Of a stretch of 64,000 nucleotides of DNA, positions 50,320-64,000 are shown piece by piece. The translations under genes and the position numbers were made by a program. Positions within the stretch are counted from its first letter, which is position 1, and every line of letters begins with the position of its first letter. Under the pieces are notes generated by a model. That model saw only the letters and a program-made list of their open reading frames with translations. It was not told where the DNA came from and made no database searches. Source of the DNA: the human T2T-CHM13v2.0 reference genome, Homo sapiens; assembly GCF_009914755.1 (NCBI RefSeq), contig NC_060926.1; one strand, written 5' to 3'.

Positions 50320-50900
50320 TAGTTCTGATTATGGAAGTCACTTTCAGGAAATAAGACAAAATTCAGAAAATATATTTATGTTAAATAATGTTTGTCCATA
50401 TGGTAATTATACTAGCCAAGATAAGAAATAATCTAAACGGCCAGTAATGGCAAGATGGTTAAGCAAATTATGATATAACCACTGAATGAGATGTTATTGT
50501 CTGCAACAGTTACAATAAAATGAGAAAATTCTTAAATATGACAAGTGCAGGGACATGTAGATGGCAGAATGCAAAATTGCATTTGGCATTTGATCTTACT
50601 TCAGCCACATAAAACAATAGGGTTGAATTTTAGTATCTCAATAACATATCAAAACTGCCTGTTGATAGCTCGGAAAAAAGCTAAGCTAAATATATTATTT
50701 AGGCACATATACACGTACATGTGTGTTTGCAAGTGTCCATGTGTGCATGATGAAACTAAAAGAAAGGAATGAAAAGCACAAAATTTGGGATAACAGTCAC
50801 CTCTGGCAAGAAGGCACAGGTCAGGAGGCACCAGGGAAAACAAGTACAGGAGACATAAACATTTAACTTTTGGGCAGGGCAGAGGGTCTTTATTAATCAT
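50320..50900 (+). mobile_element. Old L1ME-type 3' fragments
   Basis: aagcaaattatgatataacc; gcacaaaatttgggataacagtcacctctgg. Confidence 0.5.
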
Positions 50901-51016
50901 TATGTCATTTCATGATGAATAAACAGAATGAAGAGTGGCCATACATGGACCAGTGATTATTATGTGCCATAAAACAAGAATTCTGATTCATTCCATTTTC
51001 ACCATTATTAAAATAG

Positions 51017-51383
<367 letters not shown>

Positions 51384-51699
51384 AATTTCTAAATTTCTAT
51401 AGTTAGCATTATACTTTTAAAATGTAAAAACAACAAACTGGTCTAGAAAGCTTGCAGATTAAAAATAAATTCAATAGATATGTTATACCTGCGTCTGGAT
51501 GAGCTAAACTTACCCAATTAAGGCGAGGCAATTGAACAGAAAGCTAGAGGTTAATTAAGACTAAACTGCAAACAGTTGGTGGTTATATTATCTAGGCCTG
51601 ATTTTATTTTTTTAGTCCTGATGATTTAGTCTTCTCTGAGTATCTGACCAAACTGGGCCTTAAGGTAACAAACTCAAAGTATTATATTTTCTTATAATA

Positions 51700-51910
51700 A
51701 TCATAACAGCTAACATTACTTTAATAATTCATTAATTTTATTATGTGACAGGTACTGTGCTAACACTTTTCATCCATGGTCAGATTTAATGCTCACACTA
51801 AACATATGATAGTTATTAATATTATCCATATTTGACAGATGAGAAAACTGAGGCACAAAGATAGGTGCCTTGCCCAAAGATCACACCACCAGTAAATAAG
51901 GGAGCTCAAT
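51700..51910. mobile_element. MIR
   Basis: ccatatttgacagatgagaaaactgaggcacaaaga..cttgcccaaagatcacac. Confidence 0.75.
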
Positions 51911-52126
51911 ATCAGAGCTTAATATGGATCAACCCTCCTGCTGAGGAAATAAAAAAAAATTTTGTCCAATATTCATCTCAACAAATACTCATTTACCAAA
52001 GTGGAAGTGTAACAAGCCTAAGAGAGGATCCTAGGATTCAGCTCTTAGAACCCTGTGTGAGGTAGATTTAGGGCATAGGCTTTCAGGGTATGGGTCAGGA
52101 GACAAAAATTGGAGAAGTACAGATCC

Positions 52127-52482
52127 TATTAGTCCGTTCTCACGCTGCTATAAAGAACTGCCCAAGACTGGGTAATTTATAAGGAAAAAAGGTTTAATTG
52201 ACTCACAGTTCCGCATGGCTGGGGAGGCCTCAGGAAATTTACAATCATGGCGGAAGACACCTCTTTACAGGGTTGCAGGAGAGAGAATGAGTGCCAGCAG
52301 TGGAAATGCCAGATGCTTATAAAACCATCAGATCTCGTGAGAACTCAGTCACTGTCACGAGAACAGCATGGGGGAAACCAGCCCCATGATTCAATTACTT
52401 CCTGCTGGGTCCCTCCCATGACACGTGGGGATTATGGGAACTCTAGATGAGATTTGGCTGGGGACACAGCTGAACCATATCA
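52127..52482 (-). mobile_element. THE1D/MSTA-type solo LTR
   Basis: tattagtccgttctcacgctgctataaag...aaccatatca. Confidence 0.88.
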
Positions 52483-52519
52483 CTAGGATATAATGTATCC
52501 CAAGGATATATTGGCAGAA

Positions 52520-52770
52520 TAATATAGTGCTTTGAGCATGGGATCAAGGGCTATAACTGCTTAGGTTTATATACTGGCCTCACCATCTTTTAGCTCTGTG
52601 ACCTAGGAAAGATACTGGAGTTCTCCGTGTTTCAGTTCCTGTAACTGTGAAGTTGGGATAACAGTAGTACCTACCTCACAGAGTAATTGTGTGTATTCAA
52701 TGAGTTAATCTATGGCAAGCACTTAGAACAATGCTTGGCATACAGCACGTACTAAATGTTAACTGTTATA
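52520..52770. mobile_element. MIR
   Basis: tagctctgtgaccta..ataacagtagtacctacctcacagag..aagcacttagaaca. Confidence 0.75.
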
Positions 52771-53318
52771 ATTTTAGCATACATTTTCACAGTTCTTAAT
52801 CTTTATTCTCTTTCTCTCTCACCACCTCTCTCACCATCCTCACCTCAGTTCCCCACCTCATTGTACAGTCATAGTTTGCTCTGAATTATTTGGGAAATGA
52901 AACAAGGTGTAAATATAGAATGGAAGACAACCTTTATAATATTATAAATTCACTTTCATGATATGGAGTAGACTCAAAAATGCAGAAACAGGTATTTTTT
53001 GTATTTAAAACACCATAATTTTCTTTCTATGAATAGCATATTTGCATTCAAGTCTTAGCTCTATCATTAACTATATAATCTTGAGAAAGTCTCCACTCAG
53101 CCTCAGTCTTCTCACTTGACAGATAGAGGTGACAATGCCAGGATTGCCTCCTGAATGCTTTATTCTGGAGTGCTTCGGCAAGTTTCTTCTTTCATTCCAT
53201 GATCCACATTTACATTTAGTGAGTACTTGCTTTGTGCCAGACTCGTGCTGGAGGCCTGACATGCAAAGTCTCTGTTACTTTGAGTAATTCATGCTGGAGG
53301 AACATGCAGTCCTAGACT

Positions 53319-53320
<2 letters not shown>

Positions 53321-53368
<48 letters not shown>
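53321..53368. repeat. (TG)n microsatellite
   Basis: Seen directly. Confidence 0.97.
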
Positions 53369-53369
<1 letters not shown>

Positions 53370-54289
53370 ACGCACGCACACATGAATGCATGTGCAGGGG
53401 TGATGAGGCAGGGTATGGGATACGGATATTCCAATTGCAAATAACAATTTTCAAATTCTGGAAAATACATGAACCACAAAGAGGGGACTAATAGCTGGAT
53501 TTATCTTGGCCATTCAGGAACAGGCTCCTTTCATTTTGAATGAAACATATACATGTTTCCGTGGGGTTTTCTTTTCACCTATAATTGCCCACACATGAAA
53601 TATTTGTTTTGCATTTGTGTTGGATCTTTTACGATTCAACAGATCTTTAACCCAGCCTCTCAGGACAGAACATTTGTTATTGTTTGGCAGAAATTTTCTC
53701 ACTGTTCATGTTCAATTATTCAGTTAGATAGAAAATAATGATATTACTACACTTTCATGCTTATCCCTTGACATTTTCCATAAATAGAAACTTTGTTCAT
53801 TGGCTAAAATCCTGTTTAATACTATCAAATGTCAAAGGCAGGATTTAGTATACTAGTCTCGTTGGAGAAAAGAATGTAGGTCTCTAATTCAATTACAAAT
53901 GAAACTGAATTTGATAGCCCCAGACTACCTGCCAATAATATTTCTGTAGCCACAAATAGCCTCTCAACTCAGCATTTTAGTTTTTGGTCAGGTCAGAAAA
54001 AGTTCTACTTTGGGTCATGTTAGTCATTAGTTTGCACATTTCTTCAAATGTTCATTTAGTACCCACCATGTGCATATCCATTCAGCAGAAAAGGCCACCA
54101 AGCTAACCAAGGCCATACCTAGATGGTGTCAACATTAAGCTACCCTACAAACCCCAAAGGCTATGGTTTTGGCATCTAAATAAAGGAAAAAGACTCCAGA
54201 AAAAAGTCTAAACTTTTTTTTTTTATCTATCATCAGGATATTTGGTATTGCTTAAACTGAGCCAAAAATATTATATAATCTTGCTTCTC

Positions 54290-54800
54290 AAAATGTAATT
54301 CAAGAAGAAATACAAATGACTAATAAACCATAAAAAGATGCCTGGTCTCACAGTGATAAAAGAAATGAAAAATAAAACAAGACAAAATACTATTTTATCC
54401 TATTAAATTGGTAATGACTTGAAAATTGATAAAATCCAATGTTAACAAGGGTGGACAAACAGGCACTCTTACTTAGCCAATGGGCCTTAGTATGGCATGA
54501 TTTTTCCACTATAGATAGATCAGAAAGCTGAAAAAAAAAATAGTATGTTTTTTTTTCCAGAAGGAAAAAATCCTAATATGTATCCTTTGACCTTGAAATT
54601 CTACTTTTAAGGAATTATCTTAAGAAAATAATCATAAATGTACACAAATGTTTGCCTTCAAGGATAATTGCTGCACTGTTTTCAACAATTACTTTAAAAA
54701 ATGAAACATCCAACATAGGGAATTGGTTAAATAAAGGATACTATACCCATAGAATGTAATGTATATAATCATTAAAAATAATGTTATGTTAGAATATTCT
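54290..54800 (+). mobile_element. Old L1ME fragment
   Basis: aagaagaaatacaaatgactaataaac..cctttgaccttgaaattctactttta. Confidence 0.6.
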
Positions 54801-54829
54801 GTGACAAGAATATATTTGTTTTTTTCTTT

Positions 54830-54836
54830 TTCTCAT

Positions 54837-54871
<35 letters not shown>

Positions 54872-55154
54872 TGAGACAGAATTTCACTTTGTCACCCAGG
54901 CTGGAGAGAAGTGGCACAAACTTGGCACACTGCAACCTCCGCTCCCAGGGTTCAAGCCATTCTCCTGCCTCAGCCTCCTGAGTAACTGGGACTACTGGCC
55001 TGTGCCACCATGCCAGGCTAATTTTTGTATTTTTAGTAGAGACAGGGTTTCACCATGTTGGCCGGGCTGTTCTCGAACTCCTGACCTCCAGTGATCCACC
55101 CGCCTTGGCCTCCCAAAGTGCTGGAATTATAGTCGTGAGCCACTGCGCCTGGCC
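54830..55154 (-). mobile_element. AluS with (TTTA)n tail
   Basis: Reverse-complement Alu. Confidence 0.94.
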
Positions 55155-55232
55155 ATATTTATGATATGTTAAGTAAAAGAAAGAGATGAACCAACATGTT
55201 AGCAGTGATTATCACTAAATATATGAATCTAA

Positions 55233-55533
<301 letters not shown>

Positions 55534-56085
55534 CTAAGTTGATTTTTTAAATTTTTTTTCATTTTTTGTTTTTCTGTATTTTATGTGGTAAATGCATTTA
55601 CCACTTTAATAAAAATACTTATAAGATATAATGTAATACTTTTAAGAAAAACATTTATGAAATATAATGCTTTTTAAACTCCTATAAACTTCTAAATGCT
55701 ATTAAAGCAAACAGATGTTGGCATTCACCTTGCAATCCCTGTTAGAATAACTTTGTTAAAATATATATTCTGCTAGTTTTGTCAATTAAACTCCAAATAA
55801 TATAGAATGTAATATTTGTTGAAAACACTGTAAACACATAGGATTCTAGTGCCCCTTGTTAAACATTTTGTATAATATATGAAGTGGTTATGCACTGTTT
55901 TAATGGACAGCTGAGATTTGCAAACTTGCACTCCTGTCCATGGGAAGCATAAGGAAATAATATGAACTATTGACAGATGTAGGTACTTTTGTGGTTGAAT
56001 ATAAAATAACAGAGGTAGAAAGCAAACCCTCTTTGCTATCCAGGGTGGCCTGCATTAAATTCCTGCCTCTGTCCTTCGCTGACTG

Positions 56086-56413
56086 TTGTATAGACTGAAT
56101 TTTGTCTCTTCACATATATTCATGTGTTGAAGCCCCCAGGGTGATGATATTTGGAGGTGGGGTCTTGGTAATTATATCATGAAGGTAGAACCCTCATGAA
56201 TGGGATCAGTGCCCTTGTAAGAAGAGACAGGAAAGAGATGAGCTCTCTCTTCACCATATGAGGATACAAGGAGGTGTCTGTTTGACAGTCAGGAGCTGAA
56301 TCGGCCAGCACTTGAATCTTGAACATTCAGCCTACACAACTGTGAGAAATAAATTTATATTGTTTAAGCCACTCAGTTAACGGTATTTTGTAAGAACAAT
56401 CTGAACTAAGACA
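56086..56413 (+). mobile_element. MLT1A/MST-type MaLR LTR
   Basis: ccctcatgaatgggatcagtgccctt..actgtgagaaataaattt..ctaagaca. Confidence 0.75.
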
Positions 56414-56751
56414 GCTATGTTACCTTGGCTGACTCATTTAACTCCAGTAAAACAGAGATAATGATATTTACCTCTGCCCGTTGTTTTAGATTTAAATGAG
56501 AACTGGAGTAACAAGGGTAGAATTTACCTTGTACCTGGCAAGTAAGTACTCAATAAGCTTTAGCTATTGTTAGCATCAATAAGTTCATCACGTGACTCAT
56601 GCATTTGAAACCTGCTCATTCCTATGTGGCTGATGTCAAATAGCAAGATTAGTCAACAACCTCCCACATTCCTCAATGTTCCCCAGGGAATAAAAAGTGC
56701 AAGAAATTGAATTTGAATTTGCAAATGCCCTTGCATTCCTACTTTATTTTC

Positions 56752-56754
<3 letters not shown>

Positions 56755-56798
<44 letters not shown>
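56755..56798. repeat. (TG)n microsatellite
   Basis: Seen directly. Confidence 0.97.
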
Positions 56799-56803
<5 letters not shown>

Positions 56804-56980
56804 CTTAAGGAATTTTTTTTAAAAAAAGTGGAGTAGAAGAAAACAGGAGCTGTACACCATAGTTAATATTGCAAAGCCTTGGAGAGTAATATATTCACTG
56901 CTTTGTGACCCAGAGGCCAGCAGGGGTTACGCTTCAGGGTATTCACTTTGATTTGCATAATTCTTTTTCCTCCTTTAAAG

Positions 56981-56981
<1 letters not shown>

Positions 56982-57015
<34 letters not shown>

Positions 57016-57017
57016 TT
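56982..57017. repeat. (TTTA)n microsatellite
   Basis: Seen directly. Confidence 0.9.
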
Positions 57018-58592
57018 ATTGTAAAATCTTTTAAGTCCCTGGATGGGTGAAAATCTGAACAAATTGGTAAACATTCTTGAAGTCCAGCAAAGAGTCGTCT
57101 CAATACAAGGAAATGTCCTAAATTATTCAGTGCACTGGGGATAGGGAACAATGACCATTTAATGTGGTGAAATAATTAACCTGCTAAAACAATGAGCACT
57201 CACAGGAAAAATGCAGAAAAAGTTTACTTAAAAGAGGAAAACATTAGTGAGTTCTCTGTCACCTTCCAGTAGAATCAATAATTGAAAACTCTAGCTCCAT
57301 GTCCAAAAGTAAAACCTCTCAGCCCGGTACAAGGCAGGGGAAAAAAAGTTGTTTACTTCCTGAAACACACAAAAGCTCATTTTTCAGATCTTAAAAAGAG
57401 ATAATTTAGAAAAGGGATAACCACAAACAACACTTTCTACTGAGAACAAAAACCAAAGCAAAAAAAAAATATATTTATGGACATTCCCAAGAAACCGCTA
57501 TGGCAAATCTCACTGGAACTTTAATTCATGTGGAGGCTTTGAAACATCAGCACACAGCAGGAAATGAAAGGGCACTTGAGAAGCAAAGGACAACTGCAGT
57601 TTTCCCTCTATCCATACCTCTAGAAATTGCAAAGAACGTCCTTATTTTTAGTAAAATTACTATCACATTTACAAGCAGCAGTTCTGGACGCATGTCCTCA
57701 GCTCTGTGCCAGTATCACTGTGTCACTGTGGCTCCAGATCCACCAGAACATTTTGTTTTTCAAAAGCAGTTTCGCCTGAAAATACATTCACATGGAGAGT
57801 AAGGAATGAGAGCTGTAGTGAATAATGAGAACTCGGGGTCTGAGAACAACAGAAATCTGCAAGAGGTCTCAATGAGTATGTTATGAAGAAAAGTTCTTTT
57901 TTAGCTCCCGGTGAATTCCTCAGCAATTAGTGGTTTCTCTTGAAATGATAGCAGTTGCAAGAACTGAGGCCAGAGAGCCATTGCTTGGCTACATCATGGG
58001 AATATCCTTGGCCTCTGAGCAAAACAAGCTGCATAGACTTATTGTGGCATGAAATATGTTTTTCAAAGCTGTACGGGCCTCTTTTTAATAATATATGAAG
58101 CAAGCAGACAGATAATCAAAGTAAACAAAGAAAATTTGTCCTTAATTAGGATTCTATAGATATTGCAAAGTCGATAGGTGCATTCATACTATAAGGTGTT
58201 GTTTCCAAGCAAGGAAATGTGTCTCAGTGTGCCAAACTACCCTCCAAGAAGTCACTTAAACATCTGGACAAATAATATCCAAGATAAATGGTCGTGGGAT
58301 GTTGCAAGTAAAAATCACTCTAATTTTTGGGGATTACTCAAAAAAGATATAACAGAAAGCCCTGAAATACCACGTACTTCTAAAACCATCGTATTCCTTA
58401 AAGACAATCTATTATTTTTATTTTGCAATTTTTTTGCTATTGCTAAGACAGATTTGCCACCCTCTCCCATCAAATGCCTGATTATAAAAGAAATGCATGT
58501 TCATCAGAGACAACTGGAAAGAATAAAAAAAAAAGTCACCTATCATTCCACTGCCCAGGTGCTGACATGATTAACATACTGGCTTATTTTCC

Positions 58593-58961
58593 TATTTTTT
58601 ATTTTTATTTTACCTTAAGTTCTGGGATACACATGCAGAACATGCAGGTTTGTTTCACAGGTATACATGTGCCATGGTGGTTTGCTACACCTATCAACCT
58701 ATCATCTAGGTTTTAAGCCCCAAATGCATTAGGTATTTGTCCTAATGCTCTCCCTCCCCTTGCTCCCTACCCCCCGACAGGCCCCAGTGTGTGATGTTCC
58801 CCTCCCTGTATCCATGTGTCCCATTTTTCAACTCCCACTTATGAGTGAGAACATGTGGTGTTTGATTTTCTGTTCCTGTGTTAGTTTTCTGAGAATGATG
58901 GTTTCCAGCTTCATCCATGTCCCTGCAAAGGACTAAACTCATTCTTTTTTTATGTCTGTGG
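58593..58961 (-). mobile_element. 5'-truncated L1PA (PA7/8-like) 3' end
   Basis: taagttctgggatacacatgcagaacatgcagg..; TSD-like atactggc on both sides. Confidence 0.9.
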
Positions 58962-59446
58962 ATACTGGCATTTTTGTTTCTTGATATTTTTCTACATACT
59001 TTTAAAAACTTAGCTGAGATCATACGGCATAAGTGAGGTTTTTTCTCTTCATGTATCAGAAATTCTCAGAAGTCATGAAGAACATAGTTGCCATTTTGAA
59101 GACATAATCATGCTTCATTACCCAAATACGCCATAATGGGCTTAACTGTTTTCTCTCTTTTGTATATCTGTACACTCTTGGAATGTTTTATTATTGCAAT
59201 TAATGAAAAACCATCCCTGTCAAAATATGAAAGAATTTTACCTTTATTTATTTGTGTGACTATGTGTACATCTCAATTTTGAGTGCCGACATCAGACATT
59301 CTGATTTATCTAATATTTGTTTTCTTTGATGTAGTCCCTCAAAAATTAAGAGGAGTATACAAAGTATGCTCTTAATGTATACAAAGTATCCTCTTAATGT
59401 ATCTAGAGCATAAAAAGAACACCTACAATTCAATCATAAAAATACA

Positions 59447-59745
59447 GGCCAGGTACAGTGGCTCGCACCTATAATCTCAGTTGTTTGGGAGGCTGAGGCA
59501 CGAGGATCACTTGAGCCCAGGAGTTCAAGACTGGCCTAGGCAACATAGTGAGACCCTATCTCTACAAAAAATAAAAAAAGTATCCGACTATGGTGGCACA
59601 CACCTGTAGTCCCAGCTACTTGGGAGGTTGAAGTGGGAGGACTGCTTGAGCCCAGGAGGTTAAGGCTGCAGTGATCTGTGATTGTGCCACTGTACTCCAC
59701 AGCCTGGGTGACAGAGTGAGACCCTGCCTCAAAATAAATAAATAA
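59447..59745 (+). mobile_element. AluJ
   Basis: ttgagcccaggagttcaaga..caacatagtgagaccc. Confidence 0.93.
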
Positions 59746-59807
59746 TTAAGAACAAATTTTTTTCTAAAAAAAAAGACAAATCATTCCATTTTAAAGTAGG
59801 CAAACTA

Positions 59808-60096
59808 GGCCAGGTGCCATGGCTCACGCGTGTACTCTCAGCACTTTGGGAGGCTGAGGTGGGGGGATCACTTGAGCCCAGGAGTTTGAGACCAGCCTTG
59901 GCAACATAGTGAGAACTTGTCTCTACAAAAACTAAAATTAAAAAAAAATAGCCAGGCATGGTGGTATGCATCTGCAGTCCCAACTACTGGGGAGGCTGAG
60001 GTGGGAAGATTGTTTGAGCCCAGATGTTCAGGGCTGCAGTGAGCTATGACCGTGCCACTGCACTTCAGCCTGGGAAACAGAGCAAGACCCTGTTTC

Positions 60097-60127
<31 letters not shown>
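59808..60127 (+). mobile_element. AluJ
   Basis: Same diagnostics; (AAAAG)n tail. Confidence 0.93.
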
Positions 60128-60441
60128 CTGTCTTTACAAGACAGTTTTCAGACATTACAAATAGAGAATTATAGAAGACTCGTTTTATACCAATTTCTGC
60201 TCCACATATAGTAAATTGTGTGTGAATATAGACAATCTGCATAACACCTATTTGTGTAGTACAAACGGCACACCAGGAAACATTGCAGTGAATTGTTCAT
60301 GTTTCTCTCTTCTATTTAACAAATACTACAGTCTGTTAATGCAGCAAATATTGCAATTTAGAGTATTCTCTTTTAACTTTAATTGACTTCATGAATGATG
60401 AATTTTTAATTATTTAATATTTATTTATTTTTAATTTTAAC

Positions 60442-60780
<339 letters not shown>

Positions 60781-60879
60781 TAATCCAATTTGTTTTCAAT
60801 TCAGATTATGCATATTCCATTCATTTTCCCCAGGTTTTAAAATTTATTCTTAGGAAATGTAATTAATATTTGGTGTGAT

Positions 60880-61090
60880 AGGAAAGGCAAAGCCTTTTGA
60901 AGTCAGGTAAACTTGAGCTCAAATCCCAGCTTAGGGTAATTAATTAGGTAACTCTGAAAAGTTGTCTAACCTCTCTGAGACTCAGTTTTCTGACCTATAA
61001 AATAAGGATAATATTTGATTTGCAGGGTTGCTGAGATTAAATGAAACATCTTGAATAAAAGAACCACATATAATTCCTGATTCATAATGG
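60880..61090. mobile_element. MIR
   Basis: aacctctctgagactcagttttctgacctataaaataaggataata. Confidence 0.75.
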
Positions 61091-62335
61091 GCCCTTGGCA
61101 AACTTTATTCTTTCTCTTTTAATTTATACATCATATGTCTCAGAATATAAACATACCCACAGGAAATATTTTTATATAGACACACACACACACCATTTCA
61201 TAAAAATGTATATTGTAAACAACTTCTGAAATTAAATTGACTACTTAGATGCAATATCGTGGGATTATTTGTAATGTTCTTTAAGGGTACTGGAGCCCAG
61301 CCAAAGTAATTAAATCTTTAGCAAATTTAGTAATAAAAAAAGTCCCCAGCCATTGGCCATTGTAATTATTCTATTTCTGGGAAGAAAGGGGACAGGTTTA
61401 TTTGTAGTATCCCATGCTTAATCATTAGTATTAAATGAATTAGGACCAGAACGAATCAAAGAAGCAAACAGCTGATTACGGCTGCTTTGTAAGAGAAAGA
61501 AGTAGTTGATGTTCACACAGGTTAAAGCAGCCAAAAAGGCCTCTAAATAAATGGCCAAGTCTTTTTCTCCTTTTAAACTTGTTTTCTATGGTCTTTAGTT
61601 TGTGATTACTTAGATATTCACTTATTTCAGAGGCCTTTTTGTGCAAATCCCAATTTAAAACCTAATCACGTTCTTATTAAATTGGGCTAACGACTGCTTT
61701 CAAAAGAAGAAACAAACTACAATAATTTATCTATAAAATTTGACTTTCTATGACTATACAGGCAATTAATTCAATTCTAAAAATGACAAAATTTAGTCAT
61801 AAAATGATCCAGGCTGAAATGAGGAAAGATCATTAAGTCTCATAGATTTATTCATGATTATCGACATATATAGAGAGAGAGTAAAGGAGGATTGTGATAT
61901 GCATTATAGAACACGGAGAATCTGTGTTTTGTTAATTCAATAATTCCCTCTTATTCTTTTCCCCACATATATTTTGCAGCCATTGTTTGTTATTCAGTAT
62001 AGCTGGAGCAACTGTCCACTTGCAATTGTGTCTGTAATTGGTGACCCAGTTGCATTTTACAATCTGGCTAGAAATATCAGTATAATTAGCATATATCTTT
62101 CCTTTGGCCTTTCAAAGGGGTATTGCCATCACTAAATTTAAATTCCAGTGGTGAAACCACAGAGAGTGGAATCCTAGCAACTAATTATAAAATAATCCAT
62201 TTTTTGCTTATTCTGGGAGTTGATCATAGCACAGGGTTGGCACAGGACCTAAACGTGAGAGATAATTCATCTGACCCAACCACAGTTGCACCCACCCTAT
62301 CCATTGGAGGCATTCTTGAACATTTTCTTTAGTAT

Positions 62336-62641
62336 ATTTTATTTTATTTTATTTTATTTTTGAGACAGGGTTTCACTTTGTCGCCCAGGCTGGAGAGCAG
62401 TGGCACGACCTCAGCTCATGTCAGCCTTGACCTCCCGGGCTCAAGCGATCCTTCCACCGAAGTCCCACAAGTAACTGGGACTACAGGCATCTGCCACCAC
62501 ACCCAGCTAATTTTGTATTTTTTTGTAGAGACGTGGTTTCACCATGTTGCCCAGGCTGGTCTTGAACTCCTGGACTCAACTGATCCACCAGACTTGGCCT
62601 CTCAAAGTGCTGGGATTACAGGTGAGCCACTGCACCTGGCC
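62336..62641 (-). mobile_element. AluJ
   Basis: Reverse-complement AluJ with (TTTTA)n tail. Confidence 0.92.
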
Positions 62642-62739
62642 TTTAGTAATGTGTTTTACAGGGAAGGACTTTTCAACAAGCTGGATGATTGGCTTGTTTC
62701 CTGCAAGAAAAAGTTACATTTCCATCTAAAAAGATGGAA

Positions 62740-62741
<2 letters not shown>

Positions 62742-62785
<44 letters not shown>
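62742..62785. repeat. (GT)n microsatellite
   Basis: Seen directly. Confidence 0.97.
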
Positions 62786-62790
<5 letters not shown>

Positions 62791-63549
62791 ATATGGGAAA
62801 ATGTTGGAACTTCCCTATTCTCACTAGAAAGCTTTGATAGATAAGTCAGAAGATATGGAAAGACCTGTATTTTCAGGTATGGAAAATATTGCAAAAGAGG
62901 TAAATTGATAGAGTTAAAGGAGGCATGAGAGTGCAGTCTCCTGGTTCTGGAAGCCAAGGCATGGCCAAGCTGAGTCCCCAGCAGAAGGCCTTGACAATGA
63001 CTTTGTATCAAGAAATTCAAGCTTCAAGATATTGAGGGCCCATGAGAACCAGAGCATGTTGTATTGGAACCTACTGCTGCTTTCTAATAAAGGTATGAAG
63101 CTTACAGTGCTACAAAGAGGATTACTGAAATGGTCTTACTTGGATCAATAATTTCTAAGAGCCTGCCCTTCCCAGGCCCTTCTCCAGTACAAGAACTGAT
63201 GTGTTCCCACAAAATAACTTGAATTCAATTCCGGGATAAGCCAGATCTTTGGAGATTATTGGACCACATTGCTTTAACATCTAGTACCTTGTTTTCCAAA
63301 TAAGTGTCCTTGCTTAATATTTAAAAAGATGTTAGTAAGGTTGAAGTAATTATGAAATACATTACATATTACAATCCTCATTTGAAGATTCCTTGTGTAA
63401 ATTAAAGCCTCCAAAGAATCCTGCAGTAAAAATGCAAGTTTAACACTGTTAAATATGGTGTTCCCAAAACATAGTTGGGCACAGAACTCTTAGTGCCACA
63501 TATCTTTGCCACATTATGAGGAATGTGAGTTTGGGAAACATGGATAATT

Positions 63550-63930
63550 ATGTCAATTAAGATGCTTTCAGCTGCTAATAATAGAAAACCCAAAAGAAAA
63601 TAGCTTAATCTAACAGATGTTTATTTTAATCATATACTGAAAAGTCAAGAAGGAGATGACTGCTGTTACTGCTCCAGTGACTTCTGTGGGTCAATAATGT
63701 CAGGGCCAGCATCTCCAACATTCCCTTGTCCCTGAGGACAAGGTGAGGAGGTATAAGGCTGTCAGCAGCATTTCTGCTTTTCATCAAGGTATCAAAAGCC
63801 TTTCAGAAGCCACCCAGCAGACTTCCAGTTCATCCCTAATTCCAACTGAGCTGGAATAGCCTCTATAGTGGAGGCAGGCAAGGGAGAAAGACCTTGGCTA
63901 TGACTGGTGAGTTGGCCAACCTACAGTGCC
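63550..63930 (-). mobile_element. Old MLT1-type LTR
   Basis: gatgctttcagctgctaataatagaaaaccc..gccacccagcagacttcc. Confidence 0.55.
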
Positions 63931-64000
63931 CTTAGCAATGGTAGAATTACCTTCAGGGACTTGTATTGTGGTTTTATACTTCCAGCTTCCACCAAGAGAC

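Overview
Primate (most likely human) genomic DNA containing the 5' end of the axonemal dynein gene DNAH7 on the minus strand. Coding exon 1 (MSSEQ, 12721-12735) lies in a CpG-island promoter with two RFX X-boxes, and coding exon 2 (DKSASKEKSKKPVRFLPQLSM) is at 2086-2148. The 10.6-kb intron 1 holds a complete, disabled, TSD-flanked processed pseudogene of an alpha-class glutathione S-transferase. As I recall the family sequences, it resembles rodent Gsta4 more than any functional human GSTA. The remaining ~51 kb upstream of DNAH7 has no supportable protein-coding gene and is mostly interspersed repeats: about 20 Alus, L2/MIR, old L1M pieces, a complete THE1 element, several solo LTRs, and a full-length decayed L1PA with an apparent 3' transduction. 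Most notable observations are the retrocopy of a probably lost GST gene, the L1 3' transduction, two short local templated duplications inserted about 1 kb from their donors, and one endonuclease site apparently reused in both orientations. Repeat subfamily names are by-eye assignments and old-repeat boundaries are approximate.
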